Shown here piece by piece: positions 25,426 through 36,411 of a stretch of 64,000 nucleotides of DNA. Source of the DNA: Amoebophrya sp. A120 (Eukaryota; Protista; Dinoflagellata); the NCBI GenBank assembly GCA_905178155.1, contig CAJINV010000005.1, positions 860,564-924,563 on the forward strand, given 5' to 3'. A program made the translations under genes and the position numbers. Below the pieces are notes generated by a model. It made no database searches. It saw nothing but the letters and a program-made list of their open reading frames with translations, and was not told where the DNA came from. The number at the start of each line of letters is the position of its first letter. The stretch's first letter is position 1.

Positions 25426-27862
25426 CTATCTTAAGCAGCACCGCCATCTTCCGCCTCCGCATCGATTAACCTCCTCCGGCGACGCTACCCTGGCAAGCCG
25501 CTCCTCCGCAGTTTGTCTTGCTTCGCGCTCCTGCTATCATCTGTAAAAACGTCCCCACACCAGAGTCAAGATGGGAAATCTGCTAGACAAATCAGCCAGC
25601 TTTGGTCATTTGGCATGACAAGTTTCTCCTCGTAGTGTAATCCTGTTTAGGTAGTTCAGCAGCATTACAGATCTAGCACATCATGCAGATTATAGCATCA
25701 CAAATTCCAAAACACGACTAGAAAATGTCTCTCATTGCGCTCCGCATGACAAACTTTTTTGGCATGCAGATTTGCATGACAACTCTGGTGTGGGGACGTT
25801 TTTACTCAGGATACCTGCTGCACCGTGTGCATCAAGTTCTGCATTTCCGCATCCCGCGACTGCATATGGATTGTAAAAATGTCTGGGTCTGGAAGGTTGG
25901 AACTTGTCATGCTCAGTCTGGATAGTACAGAAATTTGTGTTGCATGATTACCAAAAGGCGTCCGCGTTTGAACAAGTGTAGCGGCAGTTTGTCATGCGGG
26001 ATAGACATGATAGAGACGTCACAGCAGCTGTCATGCTAAGTCCTGCATTGCAGACCTCTTGGGGCATGCAAAATATGCATGACAAATTCGCATTCTTCCA
26101 GACTCAGACATTTTTACATTTGATACTGCAGCACGTAACACAACTCCGCGTGGGTGTACTGCTGTATAGTTGCGACCTGCTGCTGCTGCATGACTCCTCC
26201 ACCTCCACCGTTAGGATACAACACTCTCCGTCCGTTCTCCCAGTGCGAACGGGCGGAAACCGACCCGTCGGTGGTTCCGTTGCTTCCACAGCTGGTGGAA
26301 TCATCTTCGTGGATGGTATGTGATGAGGAACTGGTTGCGGCTTTCGACGTTCGAGGCTTCTGCTGGCTATTCCAACTGTCATTTTTGTTCCGTGGAGAGT
26401 CTTGGTTTTGTCTCGTCCTGGCAAGAGTCGGCTCTTCTTTTTGGTGTTCTTGGCGGGGGGCCCCGGCGCCCGCAGTAGAGCTCCTCCGCCTACTCAACCT
26501 CCTTCGCGCTGCGGCGGCCTCGTGGTCTTGCTTTGTCGTTCTGTTTTCAGCTTTTTTCAACACAAACTCGTGGTCCAGAATTCCGTCCGCGTGGAGTCGT
26601 TGCTTCGGGTCGAGCGTCAGCAACGCGTCGAGCAGGGGAATGGCGTCTTCGGGGAGCAACGTCTTACCCCAACTGACCTCCCGGTTCAAAATCTTCCGGC
26701 AGAGGCTCGTCTGACTCCGGGCCTTGAAGGGCACGCGCCCCGTGAGCATCTCGTGCAGCAGGATGCCGAGACTCCAAGTATCCACCATCATGTCGTAGCC
26801 CTTTGGAGTGGATGGAGAGGACGATGAAGATGCTCGCGAAGGACCATTACTTGTTGCGTCAAGAGTGTCCTTATCTGTGGGGATTTCTTCGCCTTCGCTG
26901 CAGCTACTGCTACCGGTATTAACAGTGTGGCTTTGTTCGTCCTCTTCGGCCTGGTGTGCACAACCTCCTGGAGCAACAGCTACGTCGACCAAGCTTTGTT
27001 CCTCGCCAACCACACTAAGCGCAGCACTCGGTGTTCTTTCCACTTGTGAAGATGTAGGCGAGGCTGCAGCTCCTCCGCCTACCATGGTAAGTTTCAAAAT
27101 TTCCGGCGCTAAATAGTCCAAGGTCCCACAAAACGTCGTTCTGTCGGAGCCCTCGGCGGACCAGCCAAAGTCAGCCAATTTTGCGACTTTTTCGTCTTCC
27201 GTGACCAGAATGTTTTCTGGTTTCAAATCCCGGTGAACAACCTGCTGCTGGTGCAGAAACCCGACCGCCTGCGCTACGCCGGTGAACAACGGTAAGGCTT
27301 CGGCCTCCGCTAGGTACTTCTGTTTCCGCAGCAGTTCGTACAGATTGGTGGGCAGGAACTCCATCAAGATGCACTGAAACGCGGCTGCGGACAGGGGAAC
27401 GTCTTCGTTGAAGTTGCTTCGTTGATGTTCCGACTGGTCGTCGTGGTCCACTTCACCATCCTCCTGCTCTTCTGGCCTGTGGTCATCCCCTCTCGTCCTC
27501 CACGCGTTCAGAAATTTGACGATGTTGGGGTGGTCGGCGGCACAGAGGATGTCAATTTCCCGCTGTAACTGCTTCTCCAGCTCGTGCTCGCGTACGGTGG
27601 CCAGCGGAATCTTTTTCAGCGCAGCGACTTGGAGATGCGAAGTTTTTGTGGAGTCGCGCGGCTTCTCGGTCGATGTTGCAGCGGCGGAATCTACTGCGCC
27701 ATCTTCACTCGTCTTCAAGCTCGGTTGTAGCTCCTCGTCCTGTACTAGCAAGACCTTGTACACCTCCCCGAAAAAACCCCTTCCGACCAGCTGTTGCACC
27801 TGCAGCTTTGGTGCTGAGAATTGCGTGCGTCGGGATCGTTTTTCTTCTGTTGCGGTCGCCAT
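25426..27862 (-). CDS. Aurora-like Ser/Thr protein kinase
   Basis: GRGFFGEV, ALKK, QLQREIDIL..HPNIV, HRDLKPENIL, KLADFGWS...RTTFCGTLDYLAPE (Aurora signature), DTWSLG. The C-terminus is restored by removing two introners, ending at TAG 25428-25426. Confidence 0.9.
25535..25813. mobile_element. Introner family B, 279 bp
   Basis: Family B TIRs; TSD CCTGC. Join TVQQ-EREARQ. The sense-strand TSD GCAGG allows a GT-AG reading. Confidence 0.9.
25865..26125. mobile_element. Introner family A, 261 bp
   Basis: Family A TIRs; TSD CTGCA. Join CYVLQ-SRDAEM. Confidence 0.9.
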
Positions 27863-28288
27863 GGTTTTTGTGGTATGGAGCGGCCCAAATTATTCTTGAT
27901 TTCACTTTCCACGTAAGTAGCGAACATTTTTGAAGAGTGTCGCCATGAAAACAGGAGCTCTGTAAAATTTTTCGTGTGCCGCACTTACAATCCTTCCTGC
28001 TCTCAGACTTAGATTGCTGTGCGTGTTCTGATCTTGTTCTCACCTATCACTCTAACTGATTGGAAACTCGTCTCACCGTTCGCTTACCAGATGAACAAGC
28101 CACCCTTCCAACTTGCACATCGAAAACGAGCAGCACTGGCACAGCGTAGGCTGACATGCGGGCAACAAGCGCAGAGTGTATGACTCACACAGGTGATCGA
28201 CGGACCATGTGCCTGCAATAAAAAATCTTCTTTTACACTTCCGGATCTTGTTGTCTTAGACACGTCATCAACCCCCGTCTTCATCTCA

Positions 28289-28861
28289 TCATCGCAACGC
28301 CGCCAGATCCGCGGCGATTGCAAGCTCCATCTCGCGCTCCAGATCCGCAGCAAACGGGTCCTCCTCGACGTACGCTTTACTTTGCCCCTCCTGCTGCCGC
28401 CCCGCTCCTTCGCTAGCTTTTGTACTACTTCCCGTATTTCCCGCAGTCTTCGTCCCGGTGGCACTACTTCCGTCGCCGCCGCTAGCAGGTTCACGACTTG
28501 TATTCGTTGCTGAAGACGAAGCTCCTCGACGACCAGGTTCCTGCCCGAGGACTGCCCCTGCTTCAGTCGCAGTCGGTTTTTCTTTTGATGCTTTTACTTT
28601 AATTGTTGACGAGGAAGATTTGGATTCCTCGGATTCCAGCTCTCCCATCTCCCGTACCAGCATGGCGTCAAATGCGTCCTCCTCGCTCTTTTCGGCGGCG
28701 AGATTCCGCTCCGGCTCCTTACTCTTCGACGCAATCAGCTCCAGCAGAGACTGGCAATCTGACTCAGCGAGCTTCAACCCACTGAGTGCTTGTTCCAGTG
28801 CAGCCGTGTCCTTCGCCAGGGCATCGGCGGGAGGGTCGGAGCCTGGTGTGGCTTCGGGCAT
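28289..28861 (-). CDS. Hypothetical acidic, coiled-coil-like protein, 190 aa
   Basis: Single ATG-initiated ORF with protein-like composition and AT-richer flanks. Confidence 0.6.
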   Translation of the reverse strand: MPEATPGSDPPADALAKDTAALEQALSGLKLAESDCQSLLELIASKSKEPERNLAAEKSEEDAFDAMLVREMGELESEESKSSSSTIKVKASKEKPTATEAGAVLGQEPGRRGASSSATNTSREPASGGDGSSATGTKTAGNTGSSTKASEGAGRQQEGQSKAYVEEDPFAADLEREMELAIAADLAALR

Positions 28862-29553
28862 GGTTGTAGGACAACAAGAATTCTATTTCTAGTTTTGCCT
28901 TGTAGTTTGCGCTTTCATAAAATTTGAAACCAACGGCTCTTCATCGAATCAATAATGCGTCAAGAGTCGATGCGGGTCCCGCATGATGCCGCGCACTTTG
29001 CGTGCCTCTTTGTAGCCAAGTACCCCGGTCCCACACTCAGCCAGAGCTCTGTCTAATTTGCAGATTTTCATTTTTCCCTCATACCATTTATACTGTCGTC
29101 CCACGCAGGCACAGCTGGCTGTACTTTGAAGATTGATTCTCTCATGCCAGGTTTCTCTTTCTCTCCTCCATCCACCGCAACAAGACGAACAGGCAGACCT
29201 CCTGCGCGGTCAACAATCAGACAACCGCGCTATTAATTCGTGTGACTAGTACACACTTCTCTCGCCTCAGAGGTTGAGGTTCCCAAGTGATAAGTGCCTT
29301 CAAGTCCAGATTTCGCGTTTGATGCTTTCTTGAATCTTACAATAATACCGGGATGCTCAATAACTGCTGGGATACTCAACAAGTTACAAACTGTCTTTTG
29401 AAGAAGTCACCAAGAAGACCATGAATTGAAACTGACGACGAGACCGAGACCCCTGTGATGAGCCCTTTTTTCTGTGGTCCTTAAACTTCTTGATCAACAT
29501 CCTGCAGATTGCTACACATTTTTTCATCTACTTGCACCGTTTCCTACTACCGT

Positions 29554-32500
29554 TCAACGCGAACCCCGCAACGACGCAGGCGTGTCCGCAGACACTTTTT
29601 CCGCATGTGCTTCGCCGTCATCCACGAGCAGAAAAGCGTTAGGCGCGACAACGTTTGATGTCGCTTGTGGTTTACCGTCCACCGGTGCCAGCACGAGCAG
29701 CAATTTCTTCAAGTAATTGCTCGCTTTGTGCGCTGTTAGCATGGTCGCAGAAAACTCCAACTCGTCAAACGCTTCCGGCGAGGTGAGGATGTAGATCTGT
29801 CGGGGAGGTCGGGTACTACTATTACCACCTCCTTCTTGCACGCATTCCGGCTTGTCTTCCGCTTCGTTCGGCAAATACAGCACGCTTTCTCCGGCCGGGC
29901 GCCAGGTTTTTTTGTGAAAAAACTTTTTCTGCGCTTTCTGGATATCGAGCCACAATGATTTCTTCTGCGCTGTCTCCTGGATGTCATCGTCCCCGCGCTC
30001 CCTCTTGATGCGCAACAGCACTGCCAGCTCCTTTGCCATCACGTAGGCGACGCGTTGCGGGGAGTTCAGCCGCGGCACGGCGTCGTCGCCCGCCACCGTG
30101 CCGAGAAAAGTGTCAAAGGGGAAGTGTGTGTTTCCGTCCACGACGCCGGGAATCGCGTGTGCATACCCCAGCACGGTGATATTTGGACCAAATTCCACAC
30201 TATCACTCCACAGCTTGTACACCCACGTCGCTGTCGCGGCCCCGAGCGAGTGGCCCGTGACGATGACGGTGTTGAAAGTCTCGGCGTTGTCCCCTTCTTG
30301 TAAAAACTTGCGCACCGGCTCGGACGCTTTGTCCGCCAGGGTCTTATGGGAGTGTCAGGATTGAAATCGTCAAAGTTGAAATGATTTGCCATGCATAAAA
30401 TGCGACACAGAAATTGACTCTATTGCAGAGGACGCACGGGAGGCAGAGTATAGTCCTGGCAAGGGTCAAAAGTTGGACTGCTGACTAGGATGACAGAAGG
30501 CAGCTCTTTTGCCCTAAACCGCATGACAGACTCGCTTCCAGGACCGGGAAAATTTGTCACGCACCGACTACAAACTGTAGGTCTAACTGGTATCCGTTTT
30601 ATGCATCACAAATCATTTCAACTTTGACGATTTCAATCCTGAAGCTTCCATAGGTCTTTGCGGCGACGTAAATCGCGGGATGCGCGTTCTTATGGAGTGC
30701 AAATATGTCTGGGCCTCGAAGATTGCAACCTGCCATGCTAAATCCGAATCATGCAGAAATCTGTGCTGCATGAGTACCAAAAGCTGTCCAATTTCGACCA
30801 AGTGAAGTAGTAGTAGTAGTACCATTTAACTCCTGGCGGGTCGGCGTTAGAACAGATTTAGCCTCTGCCAATACCTGGGCGTTAGAACAGATTTAGCCTC
30901 TGCCGATACCCCTAGGTGGAGACTCGGCCCACTTCCTAACTACCACCCGGCTGCACCTGCTAAACCGCTATCGATTGCTTACGCATGACTACAACCAGTG
31001 GGCGCTATGTGTGGCTGACCTGCCTTACCATCCAAGCCCGCGAGCAAGGTGGAGTTCCAGTATTGCCTTGATGGGTTAGTCTTACAAACTTGCTCGAAGA
31101 ACTACGTGCGTGGCCGGTTGCGCGCTAAAAAGTATACTGGGGGTCTAATGATCAGACACGGTGATCCTATCACGATGGCGGGCAACCCAACGGCGTGTCC
31201 CTTTCAGACACGTTTTGCCGATCTTTTTCCCAAGTGTGGAGGGGGTTTCTCATGCAGGATAGGCATGGCGATGGCAGAGACCTCACAGACTCTGTCATGC
31301 TAGGTCCCGCATTTCAGACCTCATGGGTCATGGGAAACCTGCATGACAAGTTTACACTCTTCCAGACCCAGACATATTTGCATTTGACCAAGCAACAGAT
31401 AGACCATCTATGGATGATCGTCTTTGGGTGATCTCCTCTACCGAATCGGAGGTGTGCAAGAGCCCTAACCAAGCGTGGTGGACTCACCCCAAACGGAGTC
31501 GAAACGCAACGACGCACCCAAAGAACCCTACATAAGCTACGCGCAATGGAGATGAATTTGGGAAACCTAGCCCACCCCACGCACAGGGCGAGGCGACGAC
31601 ACCTACCGATTGCAGCCTCAAACGCACCTGGCAAAGAACATCGTAATAAAAGTGCGTCCATATGAATGAAGACATAAGAAGCGGCAATATTACAGTCTAC
31701 TCAAAAGGGAAGAGCTAAAGTAGCATCATCTTCACGCTGCACATACGATGATCATAGTAAAGAGCGAAGCCCTACTTGGGTCGTCCGGAGAGGAAGACAT
31801 AGGACGGCTACACACCCGGAACCGCGCCCCCCGACCATGTGGCTCACTACTTCTTGCTGGCGTTGTGTATTTTCCAAGTGGCAGCGACGTTAATATTCGC
31901 CCACGGCATTTTTTCGCTGTACTTGCGAACCTCTTCTTCGGATTGCGGCGATGTAAATCGCAGGGTCTTTGCGGCGACGTAAATCGCGGGATGCGCGTTC
32001 TCGCCATCCAGAGAATCAATGCAAACATAAGACATATGACAGCTTTCACTTGTCTTTCTTCCGCAGGGCCATTTGTCTTAGGGGAAAACTTTAAATCTTG
32101 AAGTTCACCTTCCTTCTAAAATGTACTTATAAATATACTTCTTCTGTTTTTTTTTACCTTACTTTCACCTTACGCGCAAGCCTCCACTTCTATCTTTTTC
32201 TTTTTTGGAAAGATTTGAGGTCCTCAGGGGCATCCGGGGTGGTGTTTTCATGATGTATTTCGAAGCTACTATACCACGTCCCTTCATTTGCCCCTGTCGT
32301 TGACGTATGTGTTTCAGATCCCCAGAAGATCTTCTCCAATTAGAGACCCTGCAAGCAGATTAAGAACGGGAGATCAAGAAGCTTGCACCTGCGATCCATC
32401 GGGATCGCGCATCATCTTCTACCCAAGCCAATTCACCAAAGACAAGCAAAAATGTGCTTACTCGATTTTTACAAGCAGAAAGAGAAACAGTCATACGTGA

Positions 32501-35500
32501 CCGGTATGGCGAGGTTGATCCAGCTCAACTTCTTGTAGGAGCTTCTGCTGCAGCCTAAGCTCTGGCTGCAACTTGTGCTGCGTCTTCCGGAGTTGCGTGC
32601 AGCTACCGCTGCAGCAACATCTGCCGACTGCAACACTCTGGAGGTCGCTGCTGCGCCACCATGGTTGTGTTGCTTCTTTTACTTCTACTTTCACGTCTCG
32701 CACTCGCTACAACATGCGTCGTCGACGGATGTTGAGCAAGGAGACTTTTGCCCTTTCTAGCGCCTTGCGCTACTCTGGCACTCCAAGTGCGGCATAGCCA
32801 CACAGGGAGGCGACTACAGCCCTGAGCATGGGTGGCTCGTCCGCTGCTCTAGTGCAGGGACATATACGGGGGAAGGGGGCTAGTAGTTCTTACCTTTCCC
32901 ACTGGGGGAATGGTTGGGCTCATAACTCTGTGGACGTCTCAAGCGTCAGGGACTAGGCATGCTCACTAGCATGCTGTCCGAAGATAGAGAACAGAGTTAC
33001 TATCTAAGCACCTACCTAGTAGGTACTACGGAGAGAAAGGGCTTTTTATTCTTCCAGCTACTGGCCCGTAAACCAGAAGCCATTCTGGCACTGTGTGTGT
33101 ACGTTGTTACCATTGGCACGATTATCATCATCACCATTCTAGTGGTGTGCTGTCCTGTGTGACCCATGTGACCCATGTGGTCCTAGTGATCCTAGTACTT
33201 TGATCCTACTCGTGTGACCCCTCTAGGCTAGTACTTTGATCCTACATCTCTGATCTCATTGATCTCAGGAGCATGCTAGCAACTGCTCTAGTCCGAGACA
33301 GGTTGCTGCGCAATAAGGGTCTTTGCGGCGACGTAAATCGCGGGATGCGCGTTCTTATAAAATGCAAAAATATCTGGGTCTGGAAGGATGCAACTTCTGA
33401 TGCTGTCTTCGGATTCGAAAAAAATCTGTGTTGCATGACCAGCAAGAGGAGTCGATTTTGTGCTACGCGGAGAGGGCATTTGTCATGCTTAACAGACTGC
33501 GCGACTAAAGCCCGGGGGGGTGCGGGGTCCGAGGGGTGCACATTGCACGGCCCGGAACACCCGAACATGCCCCGCGACTGGCACAGGACCAGCAACACAA
33601 CTATTATCGCCGATCTCAGTTTGTCGATCACGACGTAGCTGCGAAGCCGTCCATACGCCTGGCGCCCCAAGCCCAAATCAACCCCCGAGGAAAGGCCTCG
33701 ACCCAAGAGGAACCGATTATGAGCTTACGGAACGACGAGCTAGAGCGCCTGTTTCTGGGAAGGAAGATACTTGATGCTTCTCCCCACTGCAAAACTGGGA
33801 CTGGCTGGTGGGCGCTGGAATGCAGGGAACTGACGGGTTGTTACACAGCAGGACGCCAGTCTTCGAGACGAGGGCATGGTGGTCCCGTAGCACGCGAGAT
33901 GCGGGTGAAGGCGCGGCTCAGTCAGAGGGACGGGTGGCCCTGCTGAAGCGACGTGAGGTTATCGGCGGGCGGAGGGGAATCGAGCTGTCGGATTTGCCAT
34001 AGAACCGCTGAGATGAAAAACAGGCGCCGATTACCGGTTGTAGGCTGGAGAGGCGGGGTTGGTGGTGTGGACAGTCCTTCACCATCTACAGATCGGGCAG
34101 CTACCATGAGTGTCCACGTACACCTTAGAGACGTGGGCCACAGCGGTAGGTCAGGATGATCGGACTAAGACGTATACGACCCTGGGCACCACTCCGCGAT
34201 CTGCTTCGCCAGGGCACGACGGCGAGATTCCGGGTCGTCGGGAGGAGGGGAGGAGCTGCGTTTTGCTACGTGAGACAACGTGGTCTGGGGAGGTGTCGGA
34301 GGACGAAGTCTCGCACGAGGACTTCTACTGCGGTTGATGGCATTTGTCATGCAGTATACGCATCAGAAAGCCCTCAAAAAGTCTGTGATGCTAGGGCATG
34401 CATCACAGACATCTGCGGCGACGTAAATCGCATGCATCACAGCCAGGGTCTTTGCGGCGACGTAAATCGCGGGATGCGCGTTCTTATGGAGTGCAAATAT
34501 GTCTGGGTCTGGAAGGATGCAACTTCTGATGCTGTCTTCGGATTCGAAAAAAATCTGTGTTGCATGACCAGCAAGAGGAGTCGATTTTGTGCTACGCGGA
34601 GAGGGCATTTGTCATGCAGTATACGCATCAGAAAGCCCTCAAAAAGTCTGTGATGCTAGGGCATGCATCACAGACATCATGGGTCATGCAAAATGTGCAT
34701 GGCAAGTCTTGCACTATTCCAGACCCAGACATATTTGCAATCCATAGTTCTCGCCATCCAGATCCTGCTTCGTCAACAGGTTCGCACCAAACCAGGATTC
34801 GAAGGTGTCCGCAAATTTCTCCGACACCGTGGCAAACCGCAAGTCCGTCGCGGCGTCGTCGAGATCTTGGGTCCCGCGAATTGCGAGGATGAGCGCTTTC
34901 CGGTCTTTGTCAGCGACGACGATGTACGCCGGTTCCTTCATTTCCGACTGGTAGTCGGCGGCGAGAATCGTGACCGAATTTTTGGAAGTAGCGTCAAACC
35001 CGGAGCCGAATGCGAAGTGCGGCCCGCTCCCGCGACTTTGCTCCGCGTTGTCCTGCAGTCGCGTCCGGAACGCTTCTTCACTCGCCTTGTAGACCGCATC
35101 GGAGTAGGCAATCGTCCGGTACAGATCCTGCTTCCGCTGCCGCCAGCTGACAACCTTTTCCCCGTTCGCGGACTTCGGGGGTGGCAGCGTCTTTTCGAAA
35201 AACCGGCACTGCAAGTCCAAATACTCGAAGAAAGCGGACGGCAGTTTGGCCAAATTCATGCCGAGTTCCTGCACAGCAAACCACCCGGCCTCGGCTAAGC
35301 GACCGAATTTCAGGGCGACTTGGAACAACTGCTTCATCTGTGCGGAGTACTCGGCACTCTTCTCTACCAGCGGGAGCAGTTTCTCGGAGGCAAACTTGGC
35401 CGCATGTTCTTTCACGTCCGCCCACTTCGCTTGGATGGTGTGCTGCAGAGTTTTCAACTTCTCAGCAAAAACCTCCTCTGCGTCCGAGAGCGCGTCGACC

Positions 35501-35778
35501 GCTTCATCGTACAAGTGTCCCAGCGCCTGTTCGAAGCTCCAAAAGGACGAGGCTCTTCCGGCCAGAGCGGATTGGGATTGATCCTGTGCTGTGGCATGCT
35601 TATCGAAATCAACCTCCGCTTCTGAAGTGACGTCCGCCACTACTATGGCCGAAGATCCAAAGTTGTGCCGCTCGGCAGATGTAAACAAGAGTGCGCAAGT
35701 TAGATCAATCGGTAGTCGGGCGACACTGCAGAACAACAGCGCAGCCAAGGCCGTGTGGCTTGATCTGGTCCGCGACAT
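29554..35778 (-). CDS. Class-3 lipase family protein, interrupted by a complex 4.4-kb introner locus (functional status uncertain)
   Basis: N-terminal exon: signal-like start and AYIVVADKDRKALILAIRGTQDLDDAATDL. Micro-exon: AHPAIYVAAK. C-terminal exon: VIVTGHSLGAATA (GxSxG), DDAVPRL and a distal His. Confidence 0.85.
30345..30652. mobile_element. Introner family C, 308 bp, opposite orientation to 8802-9110
   Basis: Family C TIRs; TSD GGTCT. The internal sequence matches the reverse complement of the 8802 copy. Join YVAAKT-LADK. Confidence 0.92.
30691..31387. mobile_element. Family A introner split by a 425-bp insertion, right end damaged
   Basis: Left TIR follows GTTCT. Element sequence resumes at about 31230. 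The right TIR ends CATTTGA with no terminal TA and no TSD. Confidence 0.8.
30805..31229 (-). mobile_element. 425-bp insertion with a (TAG)n end and 7-bp flanking duplication; possible non-LTR retroelement fragment
   Basis: CCAAGTG on both sides (30798-30804 and 31230-31236). Begins AAGTAGTAGTAGTAGTACC. Contains an internal 33-bp direct repeat GGCGTTAGAACAGATTTAGCCTCTGCC(A/G)ATACC x2. Retroelement identity and strand are inference. Confidence 0.5.
33356..34413. mobile_element. Truncated family A introner split by an 850-bp insertion (33489-34338)
   Basis: Nearly identical to 34485-34746. The insertion is flanked by the 14-bp duplication GGCATTTGTCATGC (33475-33488 and 34339-34352). No right TIR. 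Confidence 0.8.
34485..34746. mobile_element. Introner family A, 262 bp
   Basis: Family A TIRs; TSD GTTCT. Join DLDGEN-AHPAIY. Confidence 0.92.
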
Positions 35779-36411
35779 CTCGAATGCTGGCTCCGCTTAC
35801 TTAGTGTTAGTTACTAGAAAAAAGGAAACCCTAAAAAATCTTGAGTCTTTACTTTCTTTTGCTAAAACAAGCACCACGTCAGTATTCTACATACAAATAC
35901 GGCATTGTGTGCGATGATGTTCAGAAAACACTACTTGTTCGATACGTCGACGACTTGGACTTCATGGACACACATTAATTTTTATCCCCGCAGAATTCAA
36001 ATACCCAATCAAGACGACCGGTTGCGACCGTCGAACGACGTGAATGAATGACGATCTGCTTTTTTGTTTTAGGGATACCAGACGAACGACCACGACCCTT
36101 GGCTCCCTATATATTCACACAGGCACGCAGCTTTGAATAAATCACTATTTGCGAGCTCCAGAAGCACCAGCAACCAATTACCAAAGAGGTGTCCAATGGC
36201 ACACAATGCGGAGCCAGAAAAAACTGAAACAAATCGTAGAACACCGTATGCAACAACAAGCAGCGCGCAAGTATAATTATTGCTACACTTCTCAAAAACT
36301 GCACCACACAAAGCTGTCTTCGCACGATCATGCTTGATGCTTAGCTTTATTCTCGCAAAAATCAAAACACATTCTAAACACGCCAGCACTGTGCTGCACA
36401 CTATTCTTGCC

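Noticed and set aside
30805-34338. Insert lengths of 425 and 850 bp (exactly 1:2)
   Set aside because: No sequence similarity seen between the inserts; treated as coincidence.
30653-34484. 38-bp repeat x4 as a CRISPR array
   Set aside because: Spacers exceed 1 kb, the repeat is a lipase exon, the context is eukaryotic and no cas genes are present.
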